This document shows, in pieces, positions 29,120 to 38,691 of a stretch of 64,000 nt of DNA. Source of the stretch: Myxococcota bacterium (lineage in GTDB: Bacteria > Myxococcota_A > UBA9160 > JAFDDA01); the NCBI GenBank assembly GCA_965228475.1, contig OZ245817.1, forward strand, positions 992,001-1,056,000. Direction: 5' to 3'. Below the pieces are notes generated by a model. The model was not told where the DNA came from, ran no database searches, and saw only the letters and a list, made by a program, of their open reading frames with translations. Position 1 is the first letter of the stretch. Every line of letters starts with the position of its first letter. The position numbers and the translations under genes were made by a program.

Positions 29120-32100
29120 ATGCCCAAGCCCCATCGACACGAGACTCGCAACGTTCGCCGCTACGCGGCGGTCTTCTCACTCGCCGTGCTCGGCGCCCTG
29201 GCCGCCGGGCCGAAGTGCGGGAAAGGTCCGCCGAGCCAGCTCGACGTGGGTCGTGTTCCCGCGATGAGCGGCGTGACGTCGCAAGGCAGCGCGAGCTACG
29301 AGATCCCGATCACGGTTCCCCCGGGCACCCAGTCCATGGTGCCCTCGCTCGCGCTCTCGTACGACAGCGCTTCGGGGACCCGGTGGATGGGCGAGGGGTG
29401 GTCCCTCACCGGTCTGAACGAGATCGCGCGCTGCAATACCACGATTCCCGTCGACGGCTTCGTCTCGGGGCCGGACCACGGCGCCGACGACGTGTACTGC
29501 CTGAACGGCGGGCGTCTCGTCGAGGTCGGGCCGTCCGGTTCCGTCCAGGAGTTCCGGCCGGAGCTCAACCCGGAGATCCGCGTCCGGGCGACCTGGGGCG
29601 TCGTCCCCGCGATGAACGGCCCGGTTTACTTCGACGTCGAGCTTCCCGACGGCACCAACATCCGATTGGGCGACACGGCCGATACGCGACTGGTCCAGGC
29701 CAACGGGCCCTTCGACATCGCCCACCGCTGGGTCGAGCGGGAGCGCTCCGACGCCTCCGGGAACTACTTCGTCGTCACCTGGGCGAGCGACGGCGAGACC
29801 GTGATCTACCCCACCGCCATCCACTACACCGCCAACAAGCGGACCGGCCTCGGCGCCTACAACAGCGTGCACTTCGATTGGGTCAACCGGCCCGACGACC
29901 CCGACGTCCATTGGCTCGGTTCTTCGGGGACCCGCTCCGTCCGTCTCGAGGGGATCCGGACGCTGGCCCACGACGACCCCGATCCCGTGGCCACGTATCA
30001 GCTGCGCTACGAAACCTCGGGTCTTTCGCGCGTGTCTCGGGTCGTCGGCGTCACCGTCTGTGAGGCCACCGGCGTCTGCCTGCCGGAGACCACCTTCGAG
30101 TACTCGGACCGCGCCTTCGCGGCCTTCGAGCCGGTGCACTCCCCGGGGACCGTCCGTTCGGCGGTGATCGGTCCGGCCAACACCTACGGCCGCTGGGTCG
30201 ATTGGAACCAGTTCTTCAACGGCGTCTCGAGCATCGTGACTTCGTTCTTCCCGCCCAACAACATCGCCTCGGGCGCGTACGGCGTGTATCTCGCCGTGAG
30301 CTCGTTCAAGTCCTATCACAAGCCCGTCGACATGGGCACGAGAGCGCCGGTCGATCTCAACGGCGACGGCTTCATCGACACCGTGTTCGTCCTGCGCGGC
30401 GATTGGAACGGGCCCGCCTTCGACGAGGATCCTCGGACGACCGTAGGACCCATCATCTGGCACGTCGCGCTCAGTGCGGACGCATCGAGGCAGGTCACCA
30501 CCCGGATCGTCGGGTCCCCGATCTACGCTCCGCTGCTTCATCCCGACGACGACGACATCCAGTTCCGCTACCAGACTTCCCTCGGCGACTTCGACGGCAA
30601 CGGCCGCACGGACATCATGACGCTGCAGATCTACGACCACGCCGATGGTCAGAGCGGCGATTCGTCCCATGGTGAGATCCGCTACCACGTGAAGTTCGAC
30701 GACAACCAGCAGCGTGGCAATACGATTCCCACCAACTGCGCGCGTCACGCCTGGTGCGGCGTCTCCTGGCTCGATTACAGCGGGGACGGCAACGACAACA
30801 AGATCATCATGCCCGGCCAGTACGACGGCGACGGCCGCATGGACCTGATGGTGCTCGGCGACGACTACTTCGCCGATGGGAACAACGCGAACCTGAACGC
30901 GCGCATCTACACGTCGAACGGGACCGACATGGTCCACCGCTCCATCACCTTCGACCTCGGCTGGTTCCAGTACCCCCAGGCCGAACTCTGCCGCAAGCCC
31001 GTGGATTGGAACTGCGACCCGACCCCGACCCGCAACGTCTTCTTCAGCGGCGACTTCGACGGCGACGGTCTCACGGACCTCGCGATCCGCGAGCAGTACC
31101 AGGGCTTCTTCCAGCAGGGAGCGCCGCTGTACCACCCCGCGGGCCCGGACCGCGTTGCGCTGTTCGCGACCGAGATGCGACCCGACGGCGCCGGACATCG
31201 CCCGGAGGTGGAGTTCGTCGGCCGCTTCACGATCGCGTCCGTCGACGGCGCCTACCAGCGCCTGTTGACGATGGACGTGAACCGCGACGGGCTCGACGAC
31301 ATCGTCGAGCTCTACCCCGAGTATCCGGACAAGGAGAAGGCCGTCATCTGGCAGTCGACCGGGAGCGGACTCGCCCGAGCAAACGCCGTCGCGCAGGATC
31401 TCGGCGGCTGGGGCGAGCTGGCCGCGCGCGAGGGGCACTTCGGCTACACGGTGGGCAATTTCACCGGCAAGGGACCGGGCATCGTCAAGATGTGGTGGTG
31501 CCGGCAGGCCGGCAAGGACTGGTGCGCCGAGGTCTGGAACGCCCACGGCGACGGCGCCGGCTTCTACCGCAGCTCCAACGACCCGCTCGTCTATCCCCTG
31601 GCCAACGCGACGGCCGACGATCTCGACACCTTCATGGCACTCGACATGGACGGCGACGGGCTCGACGACATCGTCGCCCTCCGGAACGCGCCGGCCCTTG
31701 CCGAGCGCCGGAGGACGACGAACTTCGATCTCCGCGCCGACGTGATGTTCAACGACGGCTCCGAGATCCCCGATCTGTTGCTGGCCGCGACGGACGGTTT
31801 CGGGAACCGCGTAGAATGGGGCTACGAGTACGGCGCGACCGAAGGCGTTCACCGGCTCATCGCCCCTTCCGCGAACGACCCGTTCCATGTGGGAGCGCTC
31901 GCGGCCGGGACCGTCGCGACCACCGACCACGACACGCGTCCGCGCCGCGCCCTGGTCGCCGAGCGGATGCTCTTCGGTGCCGACGACCTGGGGACCCCGC
32001 TGCGTCGATGGGAGCACTCCTACCGCAACGCGAAGGCCGACCGCCTCCTCGGCGCGCTGGGCTTCGCCACGGTCCTGACGCGCGAGCCGGCCACGAACCG

Positions 32101-35100
32101 GCTCGACGCGAGACGCCTCGAGCAGCGCCACCCCTTCGTCGGGCGAGCGGAAACCGAGTGGTCCGTTCTGCTGGGAACCGGAGCGCTCGTGGCGATGTCG
32201 GAGACCTACTGGGCGGAGCGCCCCTCCGAAGGCGTGACGCTGCCCTACGTCGACGCTCGGATCGACCGCATCTACGACCCCGAGGACGCGGCCGGCGGCC
32301 CGCTGGTGACGACGGACACCGTCTTCCTGGTCGACGACTTCGGGTTCGTCACGAGTGCCGACGTCGAGGTGACCGGCCCGAGCGGGCAGCAGGCCGAGAC
32401 GCGCGTCGAGGAGAACGTCCTCGCACACGACATCGGGCGATGGGTCCTGGGCCGTGCGACCGAGGTCCGCATCGATCGGGACAACGGGACGGGCGCGATC
32501 CAGCGGATCACCGAGCGTGACTTCGACATCGACGGAAGGGTCGTGGAGGTTCGCGAAGACCCCGGAACGCCCGAGGAATCGACCCTGCGGATCGTTCGCG
32601 ACTCCCTCGGCAACCCGCTTCGCATGGAGACCGTGCCGCGCGGCGGAGGCACCCCCCGCGTGCAGCAGCTCCAGTGGGACCTGTACGGCATCGCGCCGAC
32701 CCTCCTGACCAACGCCCTCGGGCACACGCAGCAGATCTACAGCGATCTTCGCTTCGGTGCGCCCCGGCGCTTGATCGATGCGGACGGCCGGATGACCCAG
32801 ATCTTCTACGACGGCTTCGGCCGGGTCGACCGCTCCGTTCGGCCCGATGGGAACGTCGTGTCCTCGATCCGACGCTGGGCAAACGCGGGGAGCCCGGCGG
32901 GTGCCGTGTTCTCGGAGCAGATCGTGACGCCGGGGCGACCGGGGGCCCTGACCTTCTTCGACCACTTCGAGCGTCCCATCCTGCGCGCGCAGACCCAGTA
33001 CGACGGGAGTTCGAGCCATCAGCGGTACCACTACGACGAACGCGGAAACCTCGTCGAGAGAACGCGGCCCTACATCCCGGGTGGCACGGTCTACGCCACC
33101 CGAATGGAGTACGACGTCCTGGATCGGCTCCGCGCGCTCGAGACGGATCGCGTCGGCGGAGCCGCCGACCGCTGGGAGATCGACTTCCCGGGCCTCCTGC
33201 GCGTCTCGCGGGATCCGGAGGGGAACGAGCGCACCTTCGCCTGGAGTGCGAGCGGCGACCTCGCGTACAGCGAGGATCCGCTCGGCAACCGCAACGAGTT
33301 CGTCCACGATTCGCTGGGCAACCTCGTCGAAGCCCGGGACGCCGCCGGCATCGTCACGCGCTGGAGCTTCGACCGGCACGGCCGGATCCTGACCTTCGAC
33401 AGCCCCGACGCCGACGCCGACGAGCAGTACCAGTACGACGTCTTCGGACAGGTCTCGCGCGTGATCGACGCCCTCGGCCAGTCGACCTTCTTCAGCTACG
33501 ACGATCTCGGCCGCGTGCTCGGGCGGGAGAGCCCGGAGGGGTTGGTCCGGTACGTGTACGACGGCCCGAACGCCACGGGCAAGCTCGCCGAACTCTGCGG
33601 CCCGGTCGCGGCGCAGACCGGCCCGGGCGGGGAGCCCGTCTATCCGCCCTGCGGCGAGACGGATCTGCAGCAGGAGTACTCGTACGATCTCCTCGGGCGG
33701 CTTCTGGAAGAGCGCCACCGGATCGACGGCAGCGACTATCACTACCGCTACGCCTACGACGCCTTCAGCCGCACGAGCCAGATCGAGATGCCCGAGGATC
33801 CTTCGGACCCGTTCTGGGGCACTCCCTTCACCCTCGCGTTCGTCTACTCGGCGAACCACTACCTGCAGACCGTCGCCGAGCTGAACCCGAGGACCAGCCA
33901 GATGAGGCCCCTCTACCAGCTCGACGCCACGGATCCAGCGAACGGCCCCACGTCCTGGACGCTCGGGAACGGGCACATCCGTGAGCTGGATCTCGACCCG
34001 GCGACGGGCCGGGTGGATCGGATCCTGACTTCGACGCAGCCGGGGTTCGGCGATCTCCAGCACCTGTTGCTGCAGTACGACGGCCTCGATCGCCTGGTCC
34101 GGCGGACGGACGCGGCGCGGGGTGCCCTGCTCTCGGATCCGGGCAGCGGCGGACCCGTGCCGACGGCGCCGTACGACGTCTTCGCCTACGACGATGCCAG
34201 CCGCCTGGTCTCGGCCGAGACCCGTCCGGCGAACGCCTCGTCGAGCACCTTCGCGAGCTACGCCTACGACGGAGCCGGGCGGATCGATCAGAAGGACGGC
34301 TGGATCTACGCCTACGGCGGTGCGCGGCATCAGGTCACGGCGCGCAGCTCGGGCGCACGGACCGAGTTCTTCTCCTACGACGCGAAGGGCCAGATGACCT
34401 CCGGTGCGTCCAAGTCGTTCACGTGGAACTCCTTCGGGCGTCCCGCGCAGGTCGTCGGGACCGGCGGCTTGCAGGGGCGGCGCAGCGACTTCCGCTACGG
34501 CCCGGACCGCCGTCTGCTCGAGCGGACGGACACCGGCTTCCGCGCGGGCGGTGGCGTCGGCACCGTGTCGGTGGAGTCCGTGCTGAAGATCGGCGCGTAC
34601 GCGGAGCTTCGGGACGACGGCAGCGATCGCAGCATGGTCTATCGGATCCCCGGCCCGATCGCGGTCGAGGTGGCACGCCCGACCGGCGGGCCCGCAGCCC
34701 GCACCCACTACTTCTACACGGACGAGATGGGTTCTCCCTCGGTGGTGGCCGACGATGCCGGCGTGCCGGTGGAGCTCCGGAACCACGATGCGTGGGGGGA
34801 GCGGCGCGGTTCCGACTGGGCGTCCCTCGCTTCCACCCCGGAGCCGAGTGACGTCTCGGACCTCGGATACACCGGGCACGATTCGATCGACGGCTTCGGC
34901 TTCGTGCAGGCCGGCATCCGCCTGTACGACCCGGGGCTCGGAAGATTCCTGAGCCGCGACCCGGTCTCCATTCCGGCGAAGGCTCCGGGCCTCGACCCGT
35001 ACGCCTACGTCTGGAACGAGCCGACGCGGCGAACGGACCCGACGGGGGCGGTGCCCTCCGGCTTCGCGAGCTGTCCGCCGGACTGTCCGACGCCGACGAC

Positions 35101-35932
35101 CACCTGGTACGGCGTCACCCGGCCCAAGCCGGCGCCGGTTGCGGCGACCTCCGGAAGCGCTGCCGGCTCCGTCGGCAGGGTGGCGAAGCTGGCGAGTCTT
35201 CCGGCGAGCTTCGTGAAGGACGCGGCCTCGGCCAACCAGCACACGAAGGGCTTCTCGGCGCGCAACATCGCCGCGGGGCGGAACATGAACGCGGGGACCG
35301 ACGTGGTCCAGCTGGACGATTCCGAGCCGGCACCCACGGCGGTGATCGTCTACGGCGTTTCCGAACCTTCGGGACTTCCTCCGTCCGGCCCGCCGAACAA
35401 TCACCCCGAGCCCGGCGATTGGGAAGGCATCTGGGACGCGCTCGTGGCGCTCGACGGTGGCATCACCTTGATGAAGGTGGTCGTCGGCCTCGGCGAAGGC
35501 GCGATCGACGGCGCAGCGGTCTGGGCGGGAGACATCGCACTCGGATCGATCATCGAGGGGCCGTCGATTCCGCTGCTCGGCCACTCGCTCGAGCTAATCG
35601 GGGTCGAGGCGGGCCTCGCGAACCCGATCGGGATGTTCATCCTGTTCTTCTTCTACCCGCAGCAGACGGGCGGGGGGCTCCCGATGGACTGGTGGCAGAA
35701 CAACTATGTACCCTTCGACCCGAACGATCCACGCTTCTACAGCCCCGAGGAGCTTCGGATCATGCAGCAGGTGCAGTGGGAAGAAGCGATCAGCAGCGAC
35801 TACACCCGCCGCGGGCGACCGCTCTCCCACTACAGCCCGGCCACGAACGCGGAGGTGAAGGCTCGCCTCGATGCGATTCCGAAGCCGCCCCAGATGCCCG
35901 GCGGCTCGCCGGTGCAGGGGTTCCTCCGGTAG
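29120..35932 (+). CDS. SpvB/FG-GAP/YD-RHS polymorphic toxin-like protein (TcB-TcC-like fusion), 2270 aa
   Basis: GSASYEIPITVPPG..VPSLALSYDS (SpvB-like). GDFDGNG/DLNGDG repeats, YD repeats, RHS core (GYTGH, RLYDPGLGRFLSRDP, YAYVWNEP..TDPTG), ~295-aa C-terminal tip. Confidence 0.92.
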   Translation: MPKPHRHETRNVRRYAAVFSLAVLGALAAGPKCGKGPPSQLDVGRVPAMSGVTSQGSASYEIPITVPPGTQSMVPSLALSYDSASGTRWMGEGWSLTGLNEIARCNTTIPVDGFVSGPDHGADDVYCLNGGRLVEVGPSGSVQEFRPELNPEIRVRATWGVVPAMNGPVYFDVELPDGTNIRLGDTADTRLVQANGPFDIAHRWVERERSDASGNYFVVTWASDGETVIYPTAIHYTANKRTGLGAYNSVHFDWVNRPDDPDVHWLGSSGTRSVRLEGIRTLAHDDPDPVATYQLRYETSGLSRVSRVVGVTVCEATGVCLPETTFEYSDRAFAAFEPVHSPGTVRSAVIGPANTYGRWVDWNQFFNGVSSIVTSFFPPNNIASGAYGVYLAVSSFKSYHKPVDMGTRAPVDLNGDGFIDTVFVLRGDWNGPAFDEDPRTTVGPIIWHVALSADASRQVTTRIVGSPIYAPLLHPDDDDIQFRYQTSLGDFDGNGRTDIMTLQIYDHADGQSGDSSHGEIRYHVKFDDNQQRGNTIPTNCARHAWCGVSWLDYSGDGNDNKIIMPGQYDGDGRMDLMVLGDDYFADGNNANLNARIYTSNGTDMVHRSITFDLGWFQYPQAELCRKPVDWNCDPTPTRNVFFSGDFDGDGLTDLAIREQYQGFFQQGAPLYHPAGPDRVALFATEMRPDGAGHRPEVEFVGRFTIASVDGAYQRLLTMDVNRDGLDDIVELYPEYPDKEKAVIWQSTGSGLARANAVAQDLGGWGELAAREGHFGYTVGNFTGKGPGIVKMWWCRQAGKDWCAEVWNAHGDGAGFYRSSNDPLVYPLANATADDLDTFMALDMDGDGLDDIVALRNAPALAERRRTTNFDLRADVMFNDGSEIPDLLLAATDGFGNRVEWGYEYGATEGVHRLIAPSANDPFHVGALAAGTVATTDHDTRPRRALVAERMLFGADDLGTPLRRWEHSYRNAKADRLLGALGFATVLTREPATNRLDARRLEQRHPFVGRAETEWSVLLGTGALVAMSETYWAERPSEGVTLPYVDARIDRIYDPEDAAGGPLVTTDTVFLVDDFGFVTSADVEVTGPSGQQAETRVEENVLAHDIGRWVLGRATEVRIDRDNGTGAIQRITERDFDIDGRVVEVREDPGTPEESTLRIVRDSLGNPLRMETVPRGGGTPRVQQLQWDLYGIAPTLLTNALGHTQQIYSDLRFGAPRRLIDADGRMTQIFYDGFGRVDRSVRPDGNVVSSIRRWANAGSPAGAVFSEQIVTPGRPGALTFFDHFERPILRAQTQYDGSSSHQRYHYDERGNLVERTRPYIPGGTVYATRMEYDVLDRLRALETDRVGGAADRWEIDFPGLLRVSRDPEGNERTFAWSASGDLAYSEDPLGNRNEFVHDSLGNLVEARDAAGIVTRWSFDRHGRILTFDSPDADADEQYQYDVFGQVSRVIDALGQSTFFSYDDLGRVLGRESPEGLVRYVYDGPNATGKLAELCGPVAAQTGPGGEPVYPPCGETDLQQEYSYDLLGRLLEERHRIDGSDYHYRYAYDAFSRTSQIEMPEDPSDPFWGTPFTLAFVYSANHYLQTVAELNPRTSQMRPLYQLDATDPANGPTSWTLGNGHIRELDLDPATGRVDRILTSTQPGFGDLQHLLLQYDGLDRLVRRTDAARGALLSDPGSGGPVPTAPYDVFAYDDASRLVSAETRPANASSSTFASYAYDGAGRIDQKDGWIYAYGGARHQVTARSSGARTEFFSYDAKGQMTSGASKSFTWNSFGRPAQVVGTGGLQGRRSDFRYGPDRRLLERTDTGFRAGGGVGTVSVESVLKIGAYAELRDDGSDRSMVYRIPGPIAVEVARPTGGPAARTHYFYTDEMGSPSVVADDAGVPVELRNHDAWGERRGSDWASLASTPEPSDVSDLGYTGHDSIDGFGFVQAGIRLYDPGLGRFLSRDPVSIPAKAPGLDPYAYVWNEPTRRTDPTGAVPSGFASCPPDCPTPTTTWYGVTRPKPAPVAATSGSAAGSVGRVAKLASLPASFVKDAASANQHTKGFSARNIAAGRNMNAGTDVVQLDDSEPAPTAVIVYGVSEPSGLPPSGPPNNHPEPGDWEGIWDALVALDGGITLMKVVVGLGEGAIDGAAVWAGDIALGSIIEGPSIPLLGHSLELIGVEAGLANPIGMFILFFFYPQQTGGGLPMDWWQNNYVPFDPNDPRFYSPEELRIMQQVQWEEAISSDYTRRGRPLSHYSPATNAEVKARLDAIPKPPQMPGGSPVQGFLR

Positions 35933-35998
35933 CAGCCGGAGCGGAGTCATTCCCAAGTGCCTGAAAGTAAACAGACAAGACCCTGCAGCGGAAATAAA

Positions 35999-36016
35999 TC
36001 AGAATTCGCATTCTGA
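35999..36016. promoter_or_regulatory. TetR operator candidate 1
   Basis: Palindrome TCAGAAT-TCGC-ATTCTGA just upstream of the -35. Confidence 0.7.
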
Positions 36017-36020
36017 AGCA

Positions 36021-36049
36021 TTGACGGGCTTCAGTCTCGGGCGTATAAA
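36021..36049 (+). promoter_or_regulatory. Sigma70-type promoter for tetR-aurF-like operon
   Basis: TTGACG-N17-TATAAA. Confidence 0.8.
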
Positions 36050-36056
36050 CCCGAAA

Positions 36057-36072
36057 CAGAATGCGGGTTCTG
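36057..36072. promoter_or_regulatory. TetR operator candidate 2
   Basis: CAGAAT-GCGG-GTTCTG, same half-sites and spacing as operator 1, at the predicted +1. Confidence 0.65.
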
Positions 36073-36108
36073 GACAGGCCAGGCCCCGAATTCAGGAGCC
36101 GAGCCCGG

Positions 36109-36797
36109 ATGGCCCAGACCCCCGAACTCCGCTGGATCCGCGAGCCGCGCCAGGCGCGAAGCCGCGAGACCCTCGACCGCATCCTCGAAGCGGCGGAAGG
36201 GCTGGCGGCGGAGAAGGGCTTCGAAGACGCGACCGTCGCGGAGATCGTGCGGCGCGCGGGCTCTTCGGTCGGCGCGTTCTACACGCGCTTCCCGGACAAA
36301 GAGGCGCTCCTCTACGCGCTCTACGACCGCTACCTCGAGCAGGCCCAGGCCACCGCCGACGACGCGCTCGCCCCCGCGCGCTGGGAAGGCGCGGGCGTAC
36401 GCGAGCTGCTCGGCGCGGTCGTGCGCTTCCTCGTCGAGATCTACCGCGAGCGCGGCGGCCTCGTCCGCAACTTCGTCCTGCGCAACCACACCGACGCCGA
36501 GTTCGCCGCGCGCCAGGAGCGCCTCTCGCACTACGTCTCGGACAAGCTCGTCGCCCTGATCCTCGGCCGCGCCGGCGACGAGGTCACCCACCCGGACCCG
36601 CCGCGCGCCATCGCCTTCTGCCTCTCCCTGGTGTTCGCCCAGATCGAGAGCACCGTCCTCTTCGGCGAGACGCGCTCGAGCGCGCTCAGCTTCTCGGACG
36701 AAGAACTCGCCGCCGAGCTCACGCGGGCCTGCCTCGCGTATCTCGGCGTCCAGGCGCCCAACCAACCCACGACACCCACCATCGACGGGAGTTCATC

Positions 36798-36801
<4 letters not shown>
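36109..36801 (+). CDS. TetR/AcrR family regulator
   Basis: AGGAG RBS. PRQARSRETLDRIL, TVAEIVRRAGSSVGAFYTRFPDKEAL. Confidence 0.92.
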
Positions 36802-37844
<1,043 letters not shown>

Positions 37845-37857
37845 GAAGCCTGCTCTG

Positions 37858-38305
37858 CTACTCCGCCAGGTAAGCCGGCCCGAACGCCTTGAGCGCCGCG
37901 ACCAGGCGCGGGGCGATGGCGGCGACCTTCTCGAGGTGGGTTCGCGTGGCGGCCCAGCCGACGTAGCTGAGCGTCCGCGCCAGGAAGAAGGCCGGGAGGA
38001 GCGCGAGATGCTCGTCCGGGAGCGGGCGGCGCTCGCGGAATCCGGCCACCATGGCGGCGGTGCAGAGTTCAGGTTCGAGTTCGGGCTCACCGAGCAGATC
38101 GAACAGGCCCGCCGCGAAATCGAAGAGCACCCAGCCTTCGCCGCAGTCGTCGAAGTCGATGAGGCGCAGGCCGCCGTCGCTGACTATCAGGTTCTCGGGC
38201 AGGTAGTCGCCGTGGCAAAGGCCGTAGCGGTCCGGGGTCTGCCCGAAGGCCTAGAGGTCGGCGCGCAGGCGCTCGACGAGACGGTGCTGCTCGTCGGTCG
38301 CCGCA
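37858..38305 (-). pseudogene. Aminoglycoside/homoserine-kinase-like phosphotransferase remnant
   Basis: YGLCHGDYLPENL and LRLIDFDDCGEGW in frame. In-frame TAG at 38251-38253. N-terminal half absent. Confidence 0.8.
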
Positions 38306-38691
38306 ACGATGCGAGAAGAGGAAACGGCCGACAGTGCCTCGCCGCCGAAAGCTCCGTCTACTGCACAGCTGATGCGGGGATCGTTCACCTAGGTCGCCCG
38401 GGACGTCGCCATCCGCCTCAATCGCTTGGGCCCCGGTTTCATCGACACGGCTAAGGTGCGTGTTGCCGAGAGCTTGGCTTCTTGGCAGGCGAAGATCATG
38501 GTGCCTCCAAGACTCTACGCTGAAGCGAGATCCTTCAAGCGTCACCAGGATGTGACACAGAGGCACATCACGCCGAGCATAGGCCGCGGACGAAAAGTGG
38601 TAGGGTGGCGGACGCGGCCGCAATAGATAGAACGGTCGGGTGCATCCGGAATCGGCTGCGCTTCAGAAGCCTGCCCTGACGGAGGTTCGCC

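Noticed and set aside
29177..35584. 2135-aa antisense ORF opposite the RHS gene, and other long shadow ORFs (e.g. 24965..29140, 182..2728, 11344..13869)
   Set aside because: Expected stop-poor shadow frames in very GC-rich DNA. They overlap genes with clear motifs and have no recognisable domains.
38251..38253. In-frame TAG as possible pyrrolysine/readthrough
   Set aside because: The gene is also truncated and degenerate, and the position is non-catalytic. A nonsense mutation is the simpler explanation.
38340..38690. Possible ncRNA or small ORF upstream of the GHKL ATPase
   Set aside because: No convincing hairpin set, RBS or motif found by eye. It may be a gene remnant, but I cannot support a call.
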